52,128 bases of DNA from a virus (lineage: Duplodnaviria; Caudoviricetes). Both the position numbers and the translations under genes were made by a program. The stretch lies in IMG/VR virus record IMGVR_UViG_3300005613_000085, positions 1 through 52,128 of that record, one strand, 5' to 3'. Below the pieces are notes generated by a model, which was given only the letters and a program-made list of their open reading frames with translations, was not told the DNA's origin and searched no databases. Shown in pieces: positions 1 to 8,166 of this stretch (position 1 is the first letter of the stretch; each line of letters starts with the position of its first letter).

Positions 1-76
1 GAGCGCAGACGCGCGGCTTTTGACGCGAAAGTTATGGTTTTAGTAGGTTAATCAAAGACTTAAATGGTAGGGTGGA

Positions 77-98
77 AAGCCCCCAATGAAGGGGGCTT
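77..98 (-). terminator. Hairpin, possible terminator of the leftward operon
   Basis: Perfect 8-bp stem AAGCCCCC/GGGGGCTT with 6-nt loop, about 55 nt past the stop of ORF 152..559; the U-tract is weak. Confidence 0.45.
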
Positions 99-151
99 GA
101 AGGGTAGTGGTGCTAGATAGCTTTATTGATAGGTGAGACTGAGATATGCTT

Positions 152-559
152 TTAGAGGTCGATAGGCGAGTAGGTTTTTTCCCAGACGCCGTTAGTATCA
201 TCCCATTTATAGAGTTCACCATCAGGGTTAGTTTCTGTAGACCCAATTCTTCTGTAAAGTTTGTTGTTAATAACAAATAGATTATGAATACCGTGCTCAT
301 TTTCTAAGTTAGCTTCTAATTCCTCCTTTAATACTACATAGCCGTTTAGAGGTACGAAATCCTCCATACACCAATTCTTACAGTAATCCGCTACCTGTCC
401 GTCAGTTGTAAGTAACGACGTTGTATGTACGATTGTACCTACACCTTCCTTACTAAAAAGGACAACCAATTCACCGTCTTTACTTATTAAGAGCCTCGGG
501 TAAGAATATGCGTCTTTTTTTGTTTCTTTGTTTATTACTAAAGCTGAATGTACTTTCAT
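152..559 (-). CDS. Hypothetical phage protein
   Basis: 135-aa ORF, start overlaps the stop of the HNH gene, RBS GGAGG upstream; N-terminal half resembles ORF 42050..42298. Confidence 0.7.
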   Translation of the reverse strand: MKVHSALVINKETKKDAYSYPRLLISKDGELVVLFSKEGVGTIVHTTSLLTTDGQVADYCKNWCMEDFVPLNGYVVLKEELEANLENEHGIHNLFVINNKLYRRIGSTETNPDGELYKWDDTNGVWEKTYSPIDL

Positions 560-1401
560 TTAATTCCTCCTTCTCCCCAGAACACTGGGTCAATATGATT
601 CTCAATCCATTTCTTATCAACAACTTTCTCTTTTCTCTCACTCTCCACAACATAATCACCGCTCTCATACCAGAACTCCGGCTCCGGCGGTTTATACCTC
701 TCTACAAACGCATGGAACTTCATTGGTTTTAAATCCGCAATCAACTCCGGCCCTTTGAATATCGTATTGTAATTCAAATACACGTTCTCTTTCGGATGGC
801 CTTTCTTATATCGAATCCTCCACATGTGTTTGATTTGTGCATAAAGCTCGGTGATTGTTAAATGCTTCATACCGGATGTCTTAACAAACCGATTACCAAT
901 ATACATTGTCGCTGGCACAGAACAAAGATAAAGACCGTCGCCTATATATTCCAATGGTAAAACCTCACCGAACCGATAACCAATAGGAGCAGAAGTGTTG
1001 TAGCTTAATCCATTGACTGATGTCTCCGGTATGTCTTCTGCTTTGACTCGTGTTTGACCGATTAAGTTCCTCGTAGCTAATGTTTTGTATTTATGAATAT
1101 CTCCTCTCGGTATACGTAATAAGTTCCCGCGTCGGCAATTAAACACATTACCATCTAAATGTACAACACAGTCGTTAGGATCATCAACTTCTAACAAATA
1201 CCTCTTCAATGCCCGTGTGCTTTTAGTCTCAAGCCTCGTAGTCACTGTTCGGCGCTTGAGAATCCACTTATATTCCATAGCGAGCATGATATCTTCAATG
1301 TCAATAACCGCTCGCGGCTCCCCTCCGAGTTCTAAATCAATATCAGCGGTCTTATTGTCAATATAGTATGTGTTTTTGCCCTTTACCTCTATCCTGCTCA
1401 T
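556..1401 (-). CDS. HNH endonuclease-like protein (degenerate HNH_3 motif)
   Basis: AVIDIEDI..MEYKW and CVVHLDGNVFNCRRGNL resemble the VDHINGNxLDNRRxNL motif of phage HNH nucleases. Confidence 0.6.
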   Translation of the reverse strand: MSRIEVKGKNTYYIDNKTADIDLELGGEPRAVIDIEDIMLAMEYKWILKRRTVTTRLETKSTRALKRYLLEVDDPNDCVVHLDGNVFNCRRGNLLRIPRGDIHKYKTLATRNLIGQTRVKAEDIPETSVNGLSYNTSAPIGYRFGEVLPLEYIGDGLYLCSVPATMYIGNRFVKTSGMKHLTITELYAQIKHMWRIRYKKGHPKENVYLNYNTIFKGPELIADLKPMKFHAFVERYKPPEPEFWYESGDYVVESERKEKVVDKKWIENHIDPVFWGEGGIK

Positions 1402-1421
1402 TTACGCTTTTATCCCTTCTT

Positions 1422-1673
1422 TTATTTTATTCCTAAACAACGATTTCGAGCTTGACGCAGATTGTTGAGTTTTTGTTTTAATTCTTCCCAATTCCGAATA
1501 AGATCAGCCATTTCATTTTCTACTAAATCAATGTTATCAATATCTGGAGTGTCCGGGTGGTAATTAAACCAACCAAAACGCTCAGCTTTACAGATAGCGT
1601 GTATTACTTCAGCACACTCTTCCATTACTCTTGTTTCTGGATTACCAATATTTACGTATTTTAGATCAATCAT
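1422..1673 (-). CDS. MazG-like nucleotide pyrophosphohydrolase
   Basis: MEECAEVIHAICKAERFG...LVENEMADL fits the EExxE...ExxD pattern. Confidence 0.7.
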   Translation of the reverse strand: MIDLKYVNIGNPETRVMEECAEVIHAICKAERFGWFNYHPDTPDIDNIDLVENEMADLIRNWEELKQKLNNLRQARNRCLGIK

Positions 1674-2233
1674 TTATCTTGTCCGTGATCGTTTCTAATT
1701 TCTTCTTCTTGTTGTATTAGAGTTGATGCGGTTGATGCGTTCATGCCTATGAACTTAATATGGTTATCCTCTAAATACTGCTTCCATTGGAAAGTCTGAT
1801 TTTTAAATCCTTTATGCATTACCACTAAATCTACTAAGGACTCAGAAAACACTGAACAATTACCGTTGCCAGGCAGTAGATACGGGGGAGGTTCCCAATT
1901 ATCATTAAGTTCTAAGAGTTCCCGATGTACCAATTCATGTGCCAGGCTGCCAACTAAAACCGCATGAGAAGCGTTGGCCCATACATCTTTATTATAGAAG
2001 ACACAATAAGCATCACGCTTAATCGACTCAGAACAACATGCAATAGACCCATGATGCCGAGCTATATCTGTGCTTTCTCCAATTACCCGTCTAGCAACGC
2101 CCGCAATATTATCTTTCGTTATAACATTAATCTTAATAACCGGTCTACGTAAATTCACAAACGGTCTAACCTCTTCAAGTGCATTTAACAGTCTCTTTTT
2201 AAGTGATAATTCCACTTTGTTACTTTTAATCAT
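1670..2233 (-). CDS. Putative zinc metallopeptidase-like protein
   Basis: LAHELVH (HExxH) followed by a downstream Glu (SESLVD); RBS AGGGGG. Confidence 0.55.
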   Translation of the reverse strand: MIKSNKVELSLKKRLLNALEEVRPFVNLRRPVIKINVITKDNIAGVARRVIGESTDIARHHGSIACCSESIKRDAYCVFYNKDVWANASHAVLVGSLAHELVHRELLELNDNWEPPPYLLPGNGNCSVFSESLVDLVVMHKGFKNQTFQWKQYLEDNHIKFIGMNASTASTLIQQEEEIRNDHGQDK

Positions 2234-2301
2234 TATTTGCCCCCTAAAAATGGTTTTTACTATAAATTCATATAAATCTGCCCCGATCGATCGATTTCCC
2301 T

Positions 2302-2330
2302 AATTTAGCACTACTTTTATCAAAAGTCAA
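2302..2330 (-). promoter_or_regulatory. Sigma70-type leftward promoter
   Basis: Minus strand reads TTGACT-17 nt-TAAATT with an extended -10 TG, upstream of ORF 1670..2233. Confidence 0.6.
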
Positions 2331-2489
2331 CACATATTTATAACATTATGCGAGGTTTTTACTCTTTTTTAACGCATTTAAGTACAATCATATTATTCTT
2401 CATCAGTAAAACATAATTCCACTACCAGAAGTACGCGTGGTACTTACATCAAATCCCGTACTATATAAGACAAATACAGAGAGCGTTAT

Positions 2490-2543
2490 CACGCAGATAA
2501 ATTCGTCGTGCCAAAAATCATCATTTTCTGGATATTGTATAGT
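2490..2543 (+). promoter_or_regulatory. Conserved 30-bp element, copy 1 (putative late promoter or operator)
   Basis: CACGCAGATAAATTCGTCGTGCCAAAAATC, 28/30 identical to 10097..10126, followed by TGGATATTGTATAGT just before the terS ATG. Confidence 0.55.
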
Positions 2544-2544
2544 T

Positions 2545-3150
2545 ATGAACTTAATGACGAAAGCACAATATTCAGAACATCGTGGTGTCTCTCGGCCAGC
2601 GATATCGAAACTGGTCAAGAACGGTCGGATCATTGTTAACTCCGATGGTCTTGTAGATGTCGAGATGTCAGACTTGATCTTAGATAACTTCTCTCGGCCC
2701 TCACAAGGTACCAGAATTCCACAAGAAGAACCAACCACCTCTGCTACAAAGCCTCGGAAAGTAAAGCGAACAAAAGGGCAAAATAAGGCCTTTACGGACA
2801 TGATGAGTGCGATTACCGGCAGTCATGATTACAATACCGCGAGAGGAATGTTAACTTCTTACATGGCGGATTTAAAGAAACTCGAACTCCAGGAGAAGCA
2901 AGGCGAGATGATTCACATTGACATTGTAACGCGAGAGTCCTTCGAGTGTGCCCGTCGTACTCGCGATGCAATTCTCGCCATAGAAGACAGGATCAGTGAT
3001 ATTCTCGCCGCAGAATCGGATAGGACGAAAATTAAGGAGATTCTTAACACTGAGCATCGAAACGCCTTAGACGAACTCGCAAACATGCCGGTGATCAATG
3101 AACAGATTAAAAAGAGAAAGAAACAGAAAAATGAAGATAACAACGGTTGA
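2545..3150 (+). CDS. terS: Terminase small subunit (Nu1-like)
   Basis: N-terminal HTH (HRGVSRPAISKLVKNGRI); C-terminal YNTAR...ADLKKLELQEKQGEMI...RTRDAILAIEDRIS; start re-called at ATG 2545. Confidence 0.85.
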   Translation: MNLMTKAQYSEHRGVSRPAISKLVKNGRIIVNSDGLVDVEMSDLILDNFSRPSQGTRIPQEEPTTSATKPRKVKRTKGQNKAFTDMMSAITGSHDYNTARGMLTSYMADLKKLELQEKQGEMIHIDIVTRESFECARRTRDAILAIEDRISDILAAESDRTKIKEILNTEHRNALDELANMPVINEQIKKRKKQKNEDNNG

Positions 3151-3463
3151 AGAACTAACAACACTTGCACTTAAACGCTCGTTCTACCTCAAAGACGGTC
3201 GTAAACGCCGTTTGACTGCCATCTGCTATTCCTGTGCTTATCAACGAAGAATCAACGGTATATCTCTCTGTGGGAGGAGAAATCATTGGGAAGTGTTAAA
3301 ACCAGACTTCACTGACAATATAGAATGTATTGACGCCACGTGTCGATACCACACTGATAAACTATCACCGTATCCGTCACAGCTAAACAACAAATCAATT
3401 ACTTACTTAGATGCTATTATTAATGAACTCAAAGCCAGAGGAGGAAATCCTTCTCATGGGTAA
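3131..3463 (+). CDS. Hypothetical Cys-rich protein
   Basis: Overlaps the terS end; CYSC...C...CIDATC suggests metal binding. Confidence 0.6.
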   Translation: MKITTVEELTTLALKRSFYLKDGRKRRLTAICYSCAYQRRINGISLCGRRNHWEVLKPDFTDNIECIDATCRYHTDKLSPYPSQLNNKSITYLDAIINELKARGGNPSHG

Positions 3464-5306
3464 AGGGATCATTAAAGAGATATTGAAGAATGACGAAGGC
3501 GAATACGTTGGTCAATATAGAGTCGAGCTGCAAAAAGATACATCGAGAGGTAAATTAATTGCAGATGCACTAAATGCACAAATCACCGCGATTAATGAAA
3601 AGATCCCGATATTAGAGTCAGATATCACTGAGATGGAATCACAGCAAGATAAACTTAAAGATGACATTGATCACCTTATCTGGCTTGCAGATGGCCACAA
3701 GCACGGTTTCAGTGATCAACGTATGCATGTCATCACTGACCCGGCAAACCCGACAACGCCACCGATAAATAATCCAAGTGATATGAAGCTCCCTGAGACA
3801 GTAAATAACATTATCTCCAAACCGAAGAAACCAGGTGAGATCGTCCCTGATCACAAAAACAACTGGAATATCATTACACAGAACAATAACAAGCCCGATG
3901 ACAGGATCATTGCCAATATAACAGGCGATCCGATCATAATAGACAATATTACCGACAATGAAACACACGAACTTATTATTCCGGACCCGGCAGCGGATCA
4001 TTTAATCATTGACCCTGTGACAGGCCAGATAACATACAATGCTAATGACATTGGCCAAATAACACCGGAAACACTTGATCAATCCGGTACGATTTATGTC
4101 GATGGCATTGATGTCGGTCAGATTGATGTTGATCCGGTATCTGGCGAAATCAACATTAATCCCGATGGGACAATCGTACTGGACCCTGATACGGGTAAAA
4201 TAATCATTGATCAGATAAACGGTGATATGAAATGGGAAATAACCAGTGAATCAATCTTTCAAACAGAAGATCTCGTTGCAGATCCAATCACAGGTGCGAT
4301 TACGCGCCAACAGACAGGGAAGATTATTATCACTGATCAAGAGATAATCGATGCGATAATACCAATCAACAGGTCCGCTGACAGTGATGTTGTCATCCTC
4401 ACTACGAAAGAGCAAGGTGATGAATATCCAACAGCAATTGTTGCTATTGATATTAATGACCCGGAAGAGCCAACGATAGGCAATAACCCTCTTGATTCTC
4501 TCCCCGGTGTCATATCTGCTTCATCAGTCCATATCCCAATAACAAACACAGATGTAGCTGTGGTGATGATGGTAGACGGGACTGCGATTATCGTTGACTG
4601 TACTGATCCGAATAACCTTTTATCAACACCATTACCCCTTCCCGGCAACATGTGCGCTGTTGGTCTCGATGCTGCCGGTAATCCAATCTTAATGGCATAT
4701 GATCCTGATACCGGCGAGGCGACATTATATGATCTTGATCCTGCGGACCTCGGAAACCCCAATCAGCGTGGTAGTGAGACAATTCCCGGTTCAGTTGCTT
4801 ATTTTGAGCAAATCCTCATATCGTATCACAATGGTGATGATCCTGGTGAATACGCGCATTTTATCGCATCAACCTACTACGGCAATGACCAATCCGATAC
4901 TGGAATGGTCACGATGGATATAACAGATAAAGATAATCCAACATATGTTAGTAGATTTAATGAATTCGCAAGTAATTACAGCTACTACTTTCATATATTC
5001 GAAAGTGAATACAGTGAAGATATTCTTTACATTGTCGAAGGATTCAACGAGCCAATCGCCGGTGTTAAAACGCTTCAGGATCAGAATCGCAAAATAGTAG
5101 ATTATACTCGCAAAAAAGTAAAACGTTGGAGGATTCTCATTGTCAGTATAGCTGATCCGGCAAATCCAACTACAGTTGGAGTAATAGAGTCATCTGACAC
5201 TGATGATCCTAACGCAATTAAACAGAAACCAACATCACCGCCGCCGAACTGTATGACAGAGAATGATGATGTTCTCGTCGTAGTTGGCCAGACAACGGAG
5301 CCGTAG
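3456..5306 (+). CDS. Putative virion protein: N-terminal coiled coil, DPxTG hairpin repeats and LVIVD-like repeats
   Basis: RBS GAGGAGG before ATG 3456; IIIDPVTGQI/IDVDPVSGEI/VLDPDTGKI motifs; IVAIDINDPEEP, MVTMDITDKDNP, LIVSIADPANP. Confidence 0.6.
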   Translation: MGKGIIKEILKNDEGEYVGQYRVELQKDTSRGKLIADALNAQITAINEKIPILESDITEMESQQDKLKDDIDHLIWLADGHKHGFSDQRMHVITDPANPTTPPINNPSDMKLPETVNNIISKPKKPGEIVPDHKNNWNIITQNNNKPDDRIIANITGDPIIIDNITDNETHELIIPDPAADHLIIDPVTGQITYNANDIGQITPETLDQSGTIYVDGIDVGQIDVDPVSGEININPDGTIVLDPDTGKIIIDQINGDMKWEITSESIFQTEDLVADPITGAITRQQTGKIIITDQEIIDAIIPINRSADSDVVILTTKEQGDEYPTAIVAIDINDPEEPTIGNNPLDSLPGVISASSVHIPITNTDVAVVMMVDGTAIIVDCTDPNNLLSTPLPLPGNMCAVGLDAAGNPILMAYDPDTGEATLYDLDPADLGNPNQRGSETIPGSVAYFEQILISYHNGDDPGEYAHFIASTYYGNDQSDTGMVTMDITDKDNPTYVSRFNEFASNYSYYFHIFESEYSEDILYIVEGFNEPIAGVKTLQDQNRKIVDYTRKKVKRWRILIVSIADPANPTTVGVIESSDTDDPNAIKQKPTSPPPNCMTENDDVLVVVGQTTEP

Positions 5307-5307
5307 A

Positions 5308-8001
5308 ATGGCAGTTATACCACCATTAATGCTATATGAGGATTATTGGCCTGAGATCAGAGATACTATGCCTGATGTTGCTCAGATCCTCGCTATGATA
5401 CAAAAGCTCGTTGTTATTGGTGAAAAACGCCGGGTAGAGTTAATAAAAAAGCGCAATCTCATTGACAGACTGAATATCCAACTCCAAGCGTTGAATGACA
5501 AACTCAATGATATCGAACGAGCAATAGAAGCAGATGCAGAGATCGTTGACATGTGGTGTATCGACTATACGTTGGAAATCCCTGTTGGAACAACAATCGG
5601 TACAATGGAAACTCCAGGTGAGGCAACGAGGCTGAATATCCAACGCGGGTATGAAGAAGATGATGATACGGGATTTGCAATGTCACTTTACAATGATGCT
5701 CGCGATGGCATGATCCAACCAATCTACCCGGTATCCTTCCTCTCTGGTGCTTCATGGTTCTTCAACGCTGCAATGAAAGCTGCTTGGCAGAAATGGATGC
5801 CGTTATTCCGATACGGGACAATCACAGAGATGATTGATCAAGAAGACGGGACTCGCAAGTGCAATATCTTACTAGACGCATCTACAGAGGCAAGTACGAT
5901 TCTCTCAGGCGCTCACGGTCTCCTTTCCACTGGAGATGTTCATTACATTGCAGGTCCAACGGGATTGAACATTAATCAAACAGATGAGCTTCATGATGTG
6001 CCTTTTCAATACATGGATTGTGATGATGTTGCATTTGCTGTTGATGATGAAGTTGTGATTGAATTCCGTGAATTACAATTACCAATCTGGACTAAAGGTG
6101 AAGTAGATACACAAGTGGTAGAATCCGGTGAATTTGTATCACAGAGTATAATGACCATGAAAGAAGGATGGGTGCAATCCGGTACCGGTCCTGCACGTGA
6201 TTGGTCACAGCCGGTTGTCATTGGGTTTCAACATGATCCACAACCCTGCGCGTGGATATTTAGAATCCGTGTGACAATGGATAATAATTCAGTTAATGGA
6301 AAATACGAAGATACTTTAGTAATAGATAGCGATTTCTTTGATGAATATAATGAAAACTTACCAGAAGACGAGCATATCACAGAGCCACGAGTATATATAT
6401 TTGAAGCTACCGGGTATTATGGCACTGGTACACCATCTACGTGCGAGTTTATCGAATCGTCCAGTAGTATGCCAGCTCATTGGAAAATTACAATACCATC
6501 AGAAGCTACGGTAATCAATACTTTTACAAAATTAGACGGTGAACGTCTTTTCGGTGAATTATGGGAAATACCCGAAGGGGCTCATGTACTAGTTGATGGT
6601 GTGCCTTACTGTAGCCTACAAGTATTGTTTGATTACTGTATTCTTTTTGATCTTGTTTATAATTATGTCGGTTATCCAGATAATCAAGGTAGACTGTTAA
6701 AAACAGCCGGTGAAGGCTACGCGCCTGATAGCGGGTGGAAATACTCACCGCCGATGCATTTAGGAGAAAAAACTGCGATATTTGATTATACCCACGATAA
6801 AACAGTACATGATGTTTTAATTCCTGGGGATTATCATTATAGTTTTAGGATTTACATAGATAACCGTGATGGTGGTACGCTGTGGAAGGATGTGACTGAA
6901 GGCGTGTTAGAGACCATGAAGTTATATGTGCATTTTCGTGATCAAGACGGAGAGATGCGTTGTAATGAACGGACTATAAGTAAATCTTCTTTAGATGATG
7001 AGGGATATTTAGACTTAACATTTGGAGGTAGAATATACGATACAGAGACACATAAATATCATTACTTACCTCGTCCACCTGAATTCGAGGGTCTCTGGTT
7101 TAAATTAACAAGTGGTACGTCAACTTGGTCTTGGAAACTTGATATGGGGTATTATCCTTTACAAGGTTCTTATGCTTGGTATGCATATGTAATACCTACG
7201 CAATACCCGTACGTATATGTAGAAGACGAACAACGCCAAGATGAGAATAAAACACTACCTTGTAAGGCTGATTTTCATGTAGCGTATTGGATGTTTCGTA
7301 AGACTGTAGGTGATAACCAAGATAAACCGAGCGGTGAAGATTGGTGTTGTAGTCCTGGAGGTAGCTTTGTTTGCCATTATCTGTTTGGAGACTCAGCACT
7401 AGAAGGCAGGGAAATATATACTAGTGTTTCTTTTAAAACCCAAACTTCTATATATGCCGGTTTTACTACTGGTTTGATAGTTAAATATCATAGCACTTCA
7501 TCTACAGTTGATCCACCGCCACTTGAAGAGCGAGATACTGATGTCACATATAATTTAGGTGGCGGGTCTTGCCCTGATGGTGATTACGGTGATCCATACT
7601 GTATCCCTGCTAGAATTAGTGGTGGCGGGTTAATGTTGATTACTTACGAGCCACACACTGGTTTATGTGCATCTACATATACTAGTGAAGATGACCCTTA
7701 CTCCAAAGATACAATTAGTGGCTGGCATGTTGATGATTTTCCTATTAGCGAGCAGCATAACTTACATAGGATTTTATTAGAAGGCCGTGGCAACCCGGTA
7801 GGAATAGGCGGTTCAAATGAATCGTCATGTACTGCTTATTATTATTTATGGTATGGGCAGGCAGAGGGAGGTGTTGTTAGCCGTTGGTGGACAAGTGCTA
7901 AAATAGTCGATTATCTTTATCCTCTCGTTGCTATCCATCGAGAAGCGATAACATACGAAATGAACCCGAACACAGGTAATCCTCCGCCGTACATACCTTA
8001 A
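5308..8001 (+). CDS. Putative tail-tip/baseplate-associated protein with a variable C-terminal region
   Basis: Long ORF, ATG 1 nt after the upstream TAG; coiled coil then WCIDYT...FFNAAMKAAWQKWMP.FRYGTIT...YMDC..AF...PVVIGF, recalled from prophage tail-region proteins. Confidence 0.5.
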   Translation: MAVIPPLMLYEDYWPEIRDTMPDVAQILAMIQKLVVIGEKRRVELIKKRNLIDRLNIQLQALNDKLNDIERAIEADAEIVDMWCIDYTLEIPVGTTIGTMETPGEATRLNIQRGYEEDDDTGFAMSLYNDARDGMIQPIYPVSFLSGASWFFNAAMKAAWQKWMPLFRYGTITEMIDQEDGTRKCNILLDASTEASTILSGAHGLLSTGDVHYIAGPTGLNINQTDELHDVPFQYMDCDDVAFAVDDEVVIEFRELQLPIWTKGEVDTQVVESGEFVSQSIMTMKEGWVQSGTGPARDWSQPVVIGFQHDPQPCAWIFRIRVTMDNNSVNGKYEDTLVIDSDFFDEYNENLPEDEHITEPRVYIFEATGYYGTGTPSTCEFIESSSSMPAHWKITIPSEATVINTFTKLDGERLFGELWEIPEGAHVLVDGVPYCSLQVLFDYCILFDLVYNYVGYPDNQGRLLKTAGEGYAPDSGWKYSPPMHLGEKTAIFDYTHDKTVHDVLIPGDYHYSFRIYIDNRDGGTLWKDVTEGVLETMKLYVHFRDQDGEMRCNERTISKSSLDDEGYLDLTFGGRIYDTETHKYHYLPRPPEFEGLWFKLTSGTSTWSWKLDMGYYPLQGSYAWYAYVIPTQYPYVYVEDEQRQDENKTLPCKADFHVAYWMFRKTVGDNQDKPSGEDWCCSPGGSFVCHYLFGDSALEGREIYTSVSFKTQTSIYAGFTTGLIVKYHSTSSTVDPPPLEERDTDVTYNLGGGSCPDGDYGDPYCIPARISGGGLMLITYEPHTGLCASTYTSEDDPYSKDTISGWHVDDFPISEQHNLHRILLEGRGNPVGIGGSNESSCTAYYYLWYGQAEGGVVSRWWTSAKIVDYLYPLVAIHREAITYEMNPNTGNPPPYIP

Positions 8002-8016
8002 TGTGGGTATATAATA

Positions 8017-8166
8017 ATGCGAATACAACAAACACCGTGTTTTAACTGTGGCAGTAACAATACAGTTATAAAGCACATAGTTAAAATAGGTCATAGACCA
8101 TCTTGACGCGATCCATTTCAATTAACCTGCCGTGATTGCGGGTTTAGAACAAGGATACCAAGACGT
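8017..8166 (+). pseudogene. Zinc-ribbon mini-gene interrupted by an in-frame TGA
   Basis: MRIQQTPCFNCGSNN...HRPS*RDPFQLTCRDCGFRTR; TGA at 8104-8106 lies between two CxxC knuckles; end coordinate approximate. Confidence 0.4.

Noticed and set aside
1-30. GC-rich window start as a cos end
   Set aside because: Cannot be told apart from an arbitrary window boundary without read-end data
2490-2519. Sigma54 promoter on the minus strand (TGGCACG)
   Set aside because: The -24 box matches but there is no TTGC at -12 in either copy, and copy 2 would point antisense into terL
8104-8106. Genome-wide stop codon reassignment
   Set aside because: TGA, TAG and TAA all end well-defined genes (terS TGA, terL TAG) and core genes are intact in the standard code
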